The notes under the pieces are model-generated. The model saw nothing but the letters and a program-made list of their open reading frames with translations. It was not told the DNA's origin and searched no databases. Position numbers and translations under genes: made by a program. Shown one piece after another: positions 33,495-42,541 of a stretch of 62,860 nucleotides of DNA (positions are counted from its first letter, which is position 1; every line of letters begins with the position of its first letter). Source of the DNA: an uncultured bacterium (GTDB lineage Bacteria > Omnitrophota > Omnitrophia > Omnitrophales > Danuiimicrobiaceae); assembly GCA_964373885.1 (NCBI GenBank), contig CAYJWM010000003.1, forward strand, positions 1-62,860, written 5' to 3'.

Positions 33495-35248
33495 CCAATA
33501 GGGGAGCTTCCATGTCCCTTGATGCGACAAATGAACGGCTGCTGAAAAAAATAGTCGCAAAAAAACTGCTCAAAGAAAGCGACGCAGCGCTGCTCCTTAA
33601 CGAAAAAGCCAATACCCAGCAAACACTTGTGGAAACGATTTTGCACCGCAAGCTTGTGACGGAAGAATCGCTGTGTTCGTTTTTGGCCAATGAATTTAAA
33701 TGCCCCATCGTCAAACTTTCCGTCTTCATCCCTTCCCAGGAAGCGCTTAATTTGATTCCGGCCAATTTTGCCCATAAAAACCGCGTGATTCCCGTCTCTT
33801 TTGAAAACCGGTCTCTTACGGTTGCGATGGAACGTCCGGATGACCTCCAATTGATCGACGATTTGCAGGCCATTACCGATATGCGGATTCGGGTAGCGGT
33901 TGCGTTCCCGAGTGAAATGACGCGTGCGCTGGAACGGTATTATGGAGCCAAAGGGGCGCCCCTATTGCCGCCGGCCGGAGAAAGCATTGAGGATTTGATT
34001 CGTATTGTACAGGAATCCAAGGCCAGCGAGAGGGAAGTAAAAACAGTGGAACTGCTGAAGCAGGCGCAGGAAACCCCCGTCATCAAAATTGCCAACTTGC
34101 TGATGGTGGAGGCCATTCGGCGAAGAGCCAGTGACCTTTTTATTGAACCGTGGGAAAACTCCGTACGGGTCCGCTGCCGCGTGGACGGGCTTTTGGAAGA
34201 GGTGCCGCCCCCGCCCAAAGCCGTGGGTTCGGCGCTTGTGTCCCGCTTCAAGGTAATGAGCCAGTTGGACATCGCCGAGCGGCGCATCCCACAGGACGGG
34301 CGGTTCCGCATCCGCGTCCAAAACCGGGAAGTGGACGTGCGTGTCTCGATTCTACCCACCGGTTTCGGAGAAAAAGTGTGTCTGAGAATTTTGGATAAAA
34401 AGGCGCAAGCGCAAAGTTTGGAGCGATTGGGATTTACCGTTTTGGAGCAGGACACCATCAAATCATGCGCCGTCAAGCCGCACGGGATGATTTTGGTGAC
34501 CGGACCTACCGGAAGCGGTAAAACGACCACGCTTTACTCCATTCTCAAGTTTTTGGATTCACCCGAGAAAAACATTACGACGGTTGAAGACCCGGTGGAG
34601 TATCAAGTGGACGGGATCAATCAGGTGAATGTCCGCGAATCCATCGGGCTCACGTTTCCGGCTTCACTCCGGTCGATTTTACGCCAAGACCCCGACATCA
34701 TTTTAATCGGGGAAATACGCGATCTGACGACCATGGACATCGCGATCAAGGCCGCCTTAACGGGGCATTTGGTATTGAGCACGCTTCATACCAATGATAC
34801 CGCAACCACCATTGCGCGCATTCTCAATATGGGAATTGAGCCGTTCCTGATCACTTCGTCCGTGCTCATGATTTCGGCCCAGCGCCTCGTGCGCCGCTTG
34901 TGCCAGGAGTGCAAGGCCGAGTATGTGCCGGACGCGAAGTTTTTAAAACGGCTGGAACTGGCGGACGGGAAGCATACTTTTTTCAAACCAGCAGGGTGCG
35001 GAAAATGCCGTTCGAGCGGATATGCGGGCCGGAGCGTGATCACGGAATTAATGCTGCTGACCTCCCATATCAAGGACATGATTGTGGCGCGGGCCGGCGC
35101 CGATGAGATCAAGAAAGCGGCAAGACAGGAAGGAATGAATACGCTGAGAGAGAGCGCGATTCAAAAAGCCCTTGCAGGGGAAACATCGCTGGATGAAGTA
35201 TTCCGGGTGACGGCGATGGACACGGCGCTCGCGGAAGGAGACGAATAA
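33491..35248 (+). CDS. type IV pilus / T2SS assembly ATPase, GspE/PilB class, copy 1
   Basis: 585 aa with an N-terminal T2SSE_N domain and Walker A GPTGSGKTT. Also has Asp box, Walker B ILIGEIRD, His box GHLVLSTLHTND and a tetracysteine CQEC...CGKC. ATGA overlap with the upstream gene; alternative ATG at 33512. Confidence 0.88.
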   Translation: MTNRGASMSLDATNERLLKKIVAKKLLKESDAALLLNEKANTQQTLVETILHRKLVTEESLCSFLANEFKCPIVKLSVFIPSQEALNLIPANFAHKNRVIPVSFENRSLTVAMERPDDLQLIDDLQAITDMRIRVAVAFPSEMTRALERYYGAKGAPLLPPAGESIEDLIRIVQESKASEREVKTVELLKQAQETPVIKIANLLMVEAIRRRASDLFIEPWENSVRVRCRVDGLLEEVPPPPKAVGSALVSRFKVMSQLDIAERRIPQDGRFRIRVQNREVDVRVSILPTGFGEKVCLRILDKKAQAQSLERLGFTVLEQDTIKSCAVKPHGMILVTGPTGSGKTTTLYSILKFLDSPEKNITTVEDPVEYQVDGINQVNVRESIGLTFPASLRSILRQDPDIILIGEIRDLTTMDIAIKAALTGHLVLSTLHTNDTATTIARILNMGIEPFLITSSVLMISAQRLVRRLCQECKAEYVPDAKFLKRLELADGKHTFFKPAGCGKCRSSGYAGRSVITELMLLTSHIKDMIVARAGADEIKKAARQEGMNTLRESAIQKALAGETSLDEVFRVTAMDTALAEGDE

Positions 35249-35249
35249 G

Positions 35250-36965
35250 ATGAAAGCCGCTTATTCTCCCACTCTGGTTGAGATTCTTAAAAAATCGCAT
35301 GCGGTTTCTGCCGAGAACTTGAAGCACGCCCAAGAGCTTCAAAAGCAAACGGGGAAAAAGTTAATTCATATTTTGGTGGATGAGGGGATGCTGAACGAAA
35401 AAGAGCTGACGATTTTGCTCAGTTCCACCCTCGGGATCCCCGCGTTAAACTTAAATTCGTATCGCGTCAATCCCGCAGTGGTGAAACTCATCCCGAGGAA
35501 AATCGCGGAGCGTTACGAACTTTTTCCGCTGGCCCATATCGGCGAATCCATTACGGTGGCCATGAGTGATCCGCTCGATGTGTATGCGCTCGATGATGTG
35601 AAGCAGATCACTCATTGCAAGGTGTGCCCCGTCATTTCACCTTCCAAAGACATTCAGTCGGCCATTGAAAATTATTATTCCGAAACGGTCAATTTCGATG
35701 AATTGATGGAGGATTTGGATCCGGATTCGGTGGAAGTGATCACCACCGCTCCGGGCAGGGAGGTTGCGGAAGAAAGCACGTCTCCGGCTGACGATGCGCC
35801 CGTGATCCGCATGGTGAATTTGATTTTGCAGGAGGCCATTAAAAGCCGCGCCTCGGACATACACTTTGAGCCGTTTGAAGACCGGCTGCGCATCCGTTAC
35901 CGTATCGACGGCGCTCTTCATGAAGCGTTTTTGCCTCCGCGCGAAATGTACAGCGCGCTCCTGACACGAATGAAGATTATTTCCGATCTCGACATTACGG
36001 AAAAACGGCTCCCGCAGGACGGCCGTTTCAAGGCGCGTTTCGACACCCGCGAAATCGATTTCCGGGTTTCCATACTTCCGATTTATCACGGCGAAAAAAC
36101 GGTGCTCCGAATTTTGGATAAGGCAAGTCTAAAGGGAAATTTGGATCAGCTTGGGTTTACGCCGGACAGTGTCGAAAAACTTCAGCAGGCCATTAAAAAA
36201 CCCTATGGGATGACGCTGGTGACGGGACCTACGGGAAGCGGGAAGTCTACGACCCTTTATTCCATTTTGAATCAAATGAATACGCTGGAGCGAAACATCA
36301 TGACCATTGAAGATCCCGTGGAATATCAAATCATGGGCATCACTCAAACGCAGGTGAATGCCGATATCGGGCTTAGCTTTTCCAACGGGCTGCGCGCGCT
36401 TCTGAGGCAAAGTCCGGACATTATTCTGGTGGGTGAAATCCGGGATACCGAAACGGCCGATATCGCGGTGAAGTCGGCGCTGACGGGACATTTGGTGTTC
36501 AGCACGCTTCATACCAATAGCGCGGCGGGCGCCATTTCGCGCTTGATTGACATGAATGTGGAGCCGTTCCTCATTGCTTCTTCGCTGATTGTGGTGACGG
36601 CCCAGCGCCTCATGCGCCGGATCTGCCCGCAATGCAGCGAGCCCTGCGATATTCCGGAGTCTTTGCTGAAGCGGCTGCCTCATAATTTGGCATGGCCCAA
36701 GGGAGCCGAAAAGAAGGGTTATCACGGGAAAGGGTGCAAGCAGTGCAAGAATACGGGCTACTACGGGCGGCTTTCCACGATGGAAGTGTTGATGATTGAT
36801 GAGGAAATCCAACAGCTGATCATCAATCGCAGGTCGGCGCATGAAATTGAGGCGCTCGGGCGCAAGAAGGGGATGCGCACGCTTTTTGAAGACGCGTTGA
36901 TTTCGTTTTTAAACGGCCGCACGACGCTTGAAGAAGTGTTCCGAATCACAACGTTTGAAGATTAA
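35250..36965 (+). CDS. pilB: type IV pilus assembly ATPase, GspE/PilB class, copy 2
   Basis: 571 aa with an N-terminal T2SSE_N domain, GPTGSGKST, ILVGEIRD, GHLVFSTLHTNS and a tetracysteine CPQC...CKQC. Directly upstream of pilC. Confidence 0.88.
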   Translation: MKAAYSPTLVEILKKSHAVSAENLKHAQELQKQTGKKLIHILVDEGMLNEKELTILLSSTLGIPALNLNSYRVNPAVVKLIPRKIAERYELFPLAHIGESITVAMSDPLDVYALDDVKQITHCKVCPVISPSKDIQSAIENYYSETVNFDELMEDLDPDSVEVITTAPGREVAEESTSPADDAPVIRMVNLILQEAIKSRASDIHFEPFEDRLRIRYRIDGALHEAFLPPREMYSALLTRMKIISDLDITEKRLPQDGRFKARFDTREIDFRVSILPIYHGEKTVLRILDKASLKGNLDQLGFTPDSVEKLQQAIKKPYGMTLVTGPTGSGKSTTLYSILNQMNTLERNIMTIEDPVEYQIMGITQTQVNADIGLSFSNGLRALLRQSPDIILVGEIRDTETADIAVKSALTGHLVFSTLHTNSAAGAISRLIDMNVEPFLIASSLIVVTAQRLMRRICPQCSEPCDIPESLLKRLPHNLAWPKGAEKKGYHGKGCKQCKNTGYYGRLSTMEVLMIDEEIQQLIINRRSAHEIEALGRKKGMRTLFEDALISFLNGRTTLEEVFRITTFED

Positions 36966-36980
36966 TTAAAGGGACCGTAC

Positions 36981-38207
36981 ATGCCTACGTTTGAGTATGT
37001 AGTGAAAGACAAAGAGGGAAAAAATCTTACGGGGACGCAGGAAGCGGCCGACGTCAATACGATTGTGGGCTGGCTGAGGGAGAAAGAATACCTGATCATC
37101 CGCGTGACCGAAAGCAAGCCCAAGCTGTCTTTATTTTCTAAATCCTCCGCGCCGGGGAAAAAACGCGGCCGGAAAATCAAAGCGGATGAGTTGGTCGTCT
37201 TCTCAAGACAGCTTGCCACCATGGTGGAAGCGGGGGTGCCTTTGGTTCAGGGGCTTGCCATTTTGGGCGAGCAGGCGGAAAATCCAAATATGGAGCGGGT
37301 GGTCGCGGCGCTTCATGGGGACGTGGAAGGCGGAAAAAGTCTTTCGGATGCGCTCGACAAGCACAAAAAGGTGTTTTCCGCCCTGTTTGTCAGCATGGTG
37401 CGGGCGGGTGAATCCAGCGGAAATCTCGAAGAAATTTTGGACCGGCTCGCGACTTATATTGAAAAAACAACAACGTTGCAGAAAAAAATCAAGTCAGCTT
37501 TGGTGTACCCGATCGTCGTGGCCAGCATGGCCGGCGTGATCACCTTTGCCATGATGACCTGGGTGATCCCGCAGTTTGCCGAGATTTTTAAATCGCTTAA
37601 CGCGCCGCTTCCGGCCCCCACCAGGATTTTAATCTCGATCAGCGATATGCTTCGCAGCAATATTCTTTTGGTTCTGGGAGGCATGGCCGGATTTTTTTTC
37701 CTTTTCCGGTATTTAATCAACACCAAAAAAGGCCGCTTTTGGTTTGATTCCAAAAAATTAAAACTTCCGATTTTCGGGCCTCTCCTGCTTAAAGTAGCCA
37801 TCAGCAAATTTACCCGCACGCTTTCCACTCTCGTGAAAAGCGGAGTGCCCATTTTAAGCTCGCTTGAAATTGTCGGAAAAACCGCAGGCAATACTCAAAT
37901 TGAGCAGATCGTCTCCGAGGTGCGCACTTCCATTAAGGAAGGTGAGAGCATCTCAGCTCCTCTTGCGAAAAAGAAAGTATTTCCCGCCATGGTCGTGCGC
38001 ATGATTGCGATCGGAGAGGAAACGGGGGAGCTTGACAAAATGCTTGAGAAAATATCGGATTTTTACGACGTCCAGGTGGACACGGCGGTGGACGGGCTTA
38101 CCTCCATGATCGAACCGCTTGTGATCGCTTTTTTAGGCATTGTGATCGGAGGCATTGTGATCGCCATGTTCCTTCCGATTCTCACCCTCACCAGCGCTTT
38201 GAAATAA
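36981..38207 (+). CDS. pilC: type IV pilus platform protein PilC (GspF family)
   Basis: 408 aa with a duplicated T2SSF domain and 3 TM segments. Opens MPTFEYVVKDKEGK, a typical PilC start. Confidence 0.92.
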   Translation: MPTFEYVVKDKEGKNLTGTQEAADVNTIVGWLREKEYLIIRVTESKPKLSLFSKSSAPGKKRGRKIKADELVVFSRQLATMVEAGVPLVQGLAILGEQAENPNMERVVAALHGDVEGGKSLSDALDKHKKVFSALFVSMVRAGESSGNLEEILDRLATYIEKTTTLQKKIKSALVYPIVVASMAGVITFAMMTWVIPQFAEIFKSLNAPLPAPTRILISISDMLRSNILLVLGGMAGFFFLFRYLINTKKGRFWFDSKKLKLPIFGPLLLKVAISKFTRTLSTLVKSGVPILSSLEIVGKTAGNTQIEQIVSEVRTSIKEGESISAPLAKKKVFPAMVVRMIAIGEETGELDKMLEKISDFYDVQVDTAVDGLTSMIEPLVIAFLGIVIGGIVIAMFLPILTLTSALK

Positions 38208-38208
38208 C

Positions 38209-39447
38209 ATGCCCCGGCCCGATCCTCAATTAAACCGCATGCGCGTGCTCATTATGGCGCGGCTTTTCATCGGCACTTTTTTCCTTTTTTACGCCCAATT
38301 CGTCTTTCATGTGGAGCGCATCGTCTTTTACGGCATTATTGCCGCCATATCGCTCGCCAGCGCGTTTTATCTGTTGTGGCTGGTCAGCGGCCTTTATCTG
38401 CGCGGGCTTGCGCTTACTCAGATTTTCTGCGATCTTCTTCTCGAAAGCGTGATTGTTTATTACACCGGCGGCGCGGACAGTGTATTTGCCCCTATTTATG
38501 TGCTTTCCATTTTAAGCGCCGGGTTTCTGCTTTCGCCGCGGGCCAGTTTTTACATCGCAACGGCCGCGAGCGTTTGTTTCATCGCCGTGGTTTTAGCGGT
38601 GTATTTTCATTGGATGTTTTCGGCTCTGCCGTTTCCGGACCCCGAATTCGGCGGCCGGCAGGACCTCACTTACCTTTTTTATGCAAGCTATGTGCGAATC
38701 ACGGTCTTTTTTTTGGTGGCGATTCTCACTTATTATTTTTCGCGCATGATTCAAAAACTGGAAGAGAAGATGAAAACTCAGGAACGGCTTGTGTTTTTGG
38801 GAGAGGTGGTTTCCAATATCGCCCATGAGATCCGGAATCCGCTGGCCTCGATCAGCGGTTCCGTTGAGCTTCTGGCCAAGCAATTGCGTTCCCACTTGAG
38901 CGAAAAACAGCAAAAGTTGATGACGGCCGTGGTCGATGAATCGGAACGGATCAAGCGGATTTTCAGCGGGCTTTTGGACTATTCGCGCGTTCCCGCGCTG
39001 GAGCTGGAGCAGGTTTCTGTGGCGGATTTTCTCGATAAAATCGTTTTGCTCATTCGGCATCAGCATGACTTCAGCCCGCGCATCAAGATGAACTGCCGCT
39101 ATGAGGGGAAGGCGTTTAAAATGAAGGCGGATCCCGAATATGTGAAACAAGCCGTGATGAATGTGATGGTGAATGGCTGTCAGGCAATGCCGGGAGGCGG
39201 CGAGCTCACGATTGATGCGCTTAGGATACGGAATGAAATCCGCATTTCCATTAGCGATACCGGCGAAGGCATGGACCGGAAAGCGTTGAAAAATCTTTTT
39301 ATCCCGTTTAAAACGACAAAAAACGGCGGTACCGGGCTTGGCTTGGCCCAAACGTATCGCATTGTCAATCAACACGGCGGCCGCATTGCGGTTCAAAGCC
39401 AAAAAGGTCATGGAACGAGATTTGATATTTATGTACCTGCGGCGTAG
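38209..39447 (+). CDS. pilS: PilS-like sensor histidine kinase
   Basis: 412 aa with an N-terminal multi-TM domain, HisKA H-box SNIAHEIRNPLASI and an HATPase_c domain with GTGLGL. Lies between pilC and pilR. Confidence 0.8.
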   Translation: MPRPDPQLNRMRVLIMARLFIGTFFLFYAQFVFHVERIVFYGIIAAISLASAFYLLWLVSGLYLRGLALTQIFCDLLLESVIVYYTGGADSVFAPIYVLSILSAGFLLSPRASFYIATAASVCFIAVVLAVYFHWMFSALPFPDPEFGGRQDLTYLFYASYVRITVFFLVAILTYYFSRMIQKLEEKMKTQERLVFLGEVVSNIAHEIRNPLASISGSVELLAKQLRSHLSEKQQKLMTAVVDESERIKRIFSGLLDYSRVPALELEQVSVADFLDKIVLLIRHQHDFSPRIKMNCRYEGKAFKMKADPEYVKQAVMNVMVNGCQAMPGGGELTIDALRIRNEIRISISDTGEGMDRKALKNLFIPFKTTKNGGTGLGLAQTYRIVNQHGGRIAVQSQKGHGTRFDIYVPAA

Positions 39448-39453
39448 GGTATT

Positions 39454-39515
39454 GTCATCCTGAGGCGAAGCCGAAGGATCTATGCTCGTAGATTCTTCGC
39501 TACGCTCAGAATGAC
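39454..39515. repeat. 62-bp imperfect palindromic element, GTCATCCTGAG...CTCAGAATGAC family
   Basis: GTCATCCTGAGGCGAAGCCGAAGGATCTA / TAGATTCTTCGCTACGCTCAGAATGAC. Fills most of the pilS-pilR intergenic gap. Confidence 0.8.
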
Positions 39516-39531
39516 ACAGATAGGATAACAT

Positions 39532-40896
39532 ATGAGCGCAGAAAAAATTTTTATCATTGATGACGAAGCCAATATTCGCCAGACGATTCAGGAGGCGCTT
39601 GAGGAAGAGAATTTTGCGGTTCAATCCTATGCCGATCCGCTGGATGCGCTCAAGGAGATTGCAAAGGAGCGCCCTGCGCTTGTCATCACGGATCTCGTCA
39701 TGCCCGAGCTGGATGGGTTACAATTGGTGCAAAAAGTGAAAAGCATCAATCCCGAGATTAATCTAGTGTTGATTACAGCTTACGCTTCACTTGAAACGGC
39801 CATCGGGGCGATACGCGCCGGGGCCAGCGATTATTTGGTGAAACCCTTCAAAATCGAGGAGCTGCTTAAAACCGTCAAGAAAGCCCTCAGCCAAAAACGG
39901 CTGCCGGCCCAGATCAACCCCCCGGACCATTTTCAAGAGCGGTATGAAATTAAAAATTTGATCGGTGTGTCGCAAGAAATGAAAGAGACTTTCCGGCTCA
40001 TCGAAAAGGTAGCCAAAACCGACAGCACGGTTTTAATTATCGGTGAAAGCGGGAGCGGAAAAGAGATGGTTGCGCGCGCGATCCACTTTGGTTCCAAGCA
40101 GAAAAAAGGCCCATTTGCGAGCATCAATTGCGCCGCGCTTCCGGAGACACTGCTTGAAAGCGAACTTTTCGGATATGAGAAAGGCGCATTTACCGGCGCG
40201 GCGGCTTCCAAGGCGGGGCTTTTTGAATTGGCCGAGCACGGGACTTTTCTTCTGGATGAAGTGGGGGAAATGTCGGTGAATTTACAGGTAAAATTGCTGC
40301 GTGTGCTCCAGGAGCGGGTGTTAAAACGGCTCGGCGGGGTGAAGGACATTCCGGTACATTTTAGATTGGTTGCGGCCACGAGCAAAAATCTTCCCGAGGA
40401 GATTAAAAGCGGGCGTTTCCGTGAGGATCTTTTTTACCGCCTGAACGTGATTCCCATTTTGCTTCCTCCGCTCAGGGAACGGCGCGAAGATATTCCGCTT
40501 TTTATTTCCCATTTTGTGGATGTTTATTCCCGAAAGCAAGGCGCACAAAAGCAGTTTAAAATCACCGAAGATGCCATGGCTGTTTTTCAAAGTTACGACT
40601 GGCCCGGCAATGTACGGGAGCTTGAAAATGTGATGGAACGGCTTGTTTCCCTTGCCGAATCGGAAGAAATTAACGGTCCGGCCGCCGAAAAGGCCGTTCA
40701 AGCGGGGCGTTTTAGTTCCGCTTCCCCCCAGCCGATAAATAGTAACAATCTTAGAGAAAACCTTGAGGTGTACGAGCGGGAGTTAATTCAGAAAGCAATC
40801 GCGGAGGCGCATGGCAATAAAAATCAGGCCGCTAAAAAGCTGAATTTAACCCGCCAGGCGCTTCACTATAAGCTTCAAAAATACGGGATGAGTTAA
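39532..40896 (+). CDS. pilR: sigma54-dependent response regulator PilR (NtrC family)
   Basis: 454 aa with a REC domain, an AAA+ sigma54-interaction domain (GESGSGKE, ESELFGYEKGAFTGA) and a C-terminal Fis-type HTH (NQAAKKLNLTRQALHYKLQKYG). Confidence 0.9.
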   Translation: MSAEKIFIIDDEANIRQTIQEALEEENFAVQSYADPLDALKEIAKERPALVITDLVMPELDGLQLVQKVKSINPEINLVLITAYASLETAIGAIRAGASDYLVKPFKIEELLKTVKKALSQKRLPAQINPPDHFQERYEIKNLIGVSQEMKETFRLIEKVAKTDSTVLIIGESGSGKEMVARAIHFGSKQKKGPFASINCAALPETLLESELFGYEKGAFTGAAASKAGLFELAEHGTFLLDEVGEMSVNLQVKLLRVLQERVLKRLGGVKDIPVHFRLVAATSKNLPEEIKSGRFREDLFYRLNVIPILLPPLRERREDIPLFISHFVDVYSRKQGAQKQFKITEDAMAVFQSYDWPGNVRELENVMERLVSLAESEEINGPAAEKAVQAGRFSSASPQPINSNNLRENLEVYERELIQKAIAEAHGNKNQAAKKLNLTRQALHYKLQKYGMS

Positions 40897-40898
40897 CT

Positions 40899-41007
40899 GT
40901 CATCCTGAGCCCTTCGTTTGTCATGCTGAGTGAAACGAAGCATCTCAGGGTAAACTCCGCGAAGGATCTATGGTCATAGATTCTTCGGCCTACAGCCTCA
41001 GAATGAC
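40899..41007. repeat. 109-bp composite palindromic element of the same GTCAT...ATGAC family
   Basis: Two tandem left ends (GTCATCCTGAG and GTCATGCTGAG), a central GAAGGATCTATGGTCATAGATTCTTCGG, and a right end CTCAGAATGAC. Occupies the pilR-pilin gap. Confidence 0.75.
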
Positions 41008-41019
41008 ACTAGGCGAGTT

Positions 41020-41469
41020 ATGAAGAGAAGAATTCAAGGTTTCACCCTCGTTGAGCTGATTATCGTGATTGCCATTATTGGTATCGTTGTCGCGATTACG
41101 ACTTCGAGCTACCTGGCTGCCCGCGTCAATGCCAATGAAGGAGGTGTGAAGGGGGCCCTAAAGGGCGTTCAAAGCGCCTGCATTACCTATCGCACCGAGC
41201 AGGGCGCCTATCCTCCCGATCTTGCGACTATGGGGTCCACTTATTTGGGCGGGGGGCTCGAGACAGGTGATAAGTCCGGGTATCTTTATGAATTGCGCAA
41301 CGGTAGCGGCGGAGAAACATATACGACTACTGCAGTTCCCAAATCAGCGAATTTTACGGGTGTGAGAAGTTACTGTACCGACGCCTACAATGTCATTTAT
41401 TCTTATAATACAGCTACCGTTACGGGCAATGGAGTTTCCTGTCCTCCGGGTGGGACAGCTTTGAGTTAG
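41020..41469 (+). CDS. pilA: type IV pilin (prepilin with class III signal peptide)
   Basis: 149 aa. MKRRIQG|FTLVELIIVIAIIGIV has Gly-1, Phe+1 and Glu+5 plus a hydrophobic N-terminal helix. The C-terminal domain contains cysteines. Confidence 0.9.
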   Translation: MKRRIQGFTLVELIIVIAIIGIVVAITTSSYLAARVNANEGGVKGALKGVQSACITYRTEQGAYPPDLATMGSTYLGGGLETGDKSGYLYELRNGSGGETYTTTAVPKSANFTGVRSYCTDAYNVIYSYNTATVTGNGVSCPPGGTALS

Positions 41470-41470
41470 C

Positions 41471-41575
41471 ATCAGGGACGGTTCTCTAAAACTTTCATTT
41501 CAATTCTCACAATTCGTTAAAAATAGTCAACGAATCGTGGCCTATTAAAGGCCGTCTATGAGAACCGTCCCTGAT
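41471..41575. repeat. 105-bp element with perfect 16-bp terminal inverted repeats (long hairpin; may act as the pilin terminator)
   Basis: ATCAGGGACGGTTCTC at 41471-41486 is the exact reverse complement of 41560-41575. Inner hairpins are ATTCGTT/AACGAAT and GGCCT/AGGCC. Followed by TTTT. Confidence 0.65.
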
Positions 41576-41663
41576 TTTGACATGTGTAAAAATTTTTTTA
41601 CTTAATTGACTTTGATTATTGATTCAACAAGTCATTTAAGGAGTATTTTTTCGGGCTTCATAC

Positions 41664-41678
41664 TGGCATGTAAATTGA
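41664..41678 (+). promoter_or_regulatory. candidate sigma54 (-24/-12) promoter for the second pilin
   Basis: TGGCATGTAAATTGA compared with consensus TGGCACG-N4-TTGCW. The GG spacing is correct, but the -12 GC is GA. A PilR-type sigma54 activator is encoded upstream. Confidence 0.3.
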
Positions 41679-41691
41679 GTATTAGGACGTT

Positions 41692-41730
41692 GTCATTCCC
41701 GCATGCTGTAAGCGGGAATCCATAGATCCC
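41692..41730. repeat. partial GTCATTCCCGC...GCGGGAATC palindromic element
   Basis: GTCATTCCCGC-atgctgtaa-GCGGGAATCCATAGATCC. Same left end as the 48950 element. The right boundary is unclear. Confidence 0.5.
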
Positions 41731-41895
41731 CGACACATTTTCGGAGAAGAACGTCATACTCGTAGAGGATGTCAAAATCCTCACGAGTAGTATTTGCCGC
41801 ATTGAGCGGCAAATGCCAGTTCTTCCCGAAAAGTGCTCCGCGCATTAAGCGCGAGCGTTAAAACATTCGGGGATGACCTTAAAGGAGGAAATACA

Positions 41896-42387
41896 ATGAA
41901 CACATTACATGGAAAAAAAGGTTTCACCCTTGTGGAAATTATGATCGTGGTGGCCATTATCGGTCTTTTGGCCGCGATCGCGATTCCGAACTTGCTTCGC
42001 GCCCGAATCAACTCCAATGACAGTGCAGTGCAGGGCGATTTGAGGGCGTTCAGCACGGCCAACGAAAGTTGCCGAGCAGCACAAGCACCTCCAAACTACT
42101 GTGTACTGGGAGGCGCTGGCACCGCGAGCTTGACTGGTGCCGTTCCACCGTATTTGGATGCAACATGGGTGCCTGGTGCAGTTGCCTCGAGACATGGGCA
42201 CACAATAGTTTATGCGGTGCCCGGTGCACCCGCTTCGACGTATTCACTGATGGCTACTTTGATACCAAACCAATCAGCGAAAACTTTTTGTATTGACCAC
42301 ACCGGCGTTCTCCGTGGTCCTACTCCTGCTGGTGCTATGCCGACAGGTACAGCAGCTGGTTGTGCTGGTGGACAAGCAGTAACTTGA
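41896..42387 (+). CDS. type IV pilin, second paralog
   Basis: The ATG at 41896 is preceded by AAAGGAGG. MNTLHGKKG|FTLVEIMIVVAIIGLLAAIAIPNLLRAR. Four Cys in the C-terminal domain. The ORF track extends to 41833 but that start lacks an RBS. Confidence 0.9.
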   Translation: MNTLHGKKGFTLVEIMIVVAIIGLLAAIAIPNLLRARINSNDSAVQGDLRAFSTANESCRAAQAPPNYCVLGGAGTASLTGAVPPYLDATWVPGAVASRHGHTIVYAVPGAPASTYSLMATLIPNQSAKTFCIDHTGVLRGPTPAGAMPTGTAAGCAGGQAVT

Positions 42388-42416
42388 TTTGGGTTACATT
42401 TCCGCGTTTTTTGAAT

Positions 42417-42453
42417 CTACCCACTCCCTTCGGGGGGCGGGTAGGTTTTTTTT
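42417..42453 (+). terminator. rho-independent terminator after the second pilin
   Basis: CTACCCACTCCC-ttcg-GGGGGCGGGTAG stem followed by a T8 run. Confidence 0.8.
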
Positions 42454-42541
42454 CAGGAAAGCGTTTAACTCTTTTTCTTCTTTGTTTCACCTGTTTTTTA
42501 TGGTATTCTGCCCTCATTTTCAGCTTTCCTTAACAGTTTTT

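Noticed and set aside
40897-41019. Looked for a sigma54 -24/-12 element upstream of pilin 1 (for example TGGTCATAGATTCTT).
   Set aside because: It has no GC at -12 and lies inside the palindromic repeat, so the match is no better than chance.
42389-42541. N-terminal 51 codons of the 184-aa ORF 42389-42943.
   Set aside because: This part overlaps the pilin 2 terminator and its T-run and begins at a non-ATG codon. Only the segment from the ATG at 42542 gives a sensible signal peptide, and even that is a low-confidence call.
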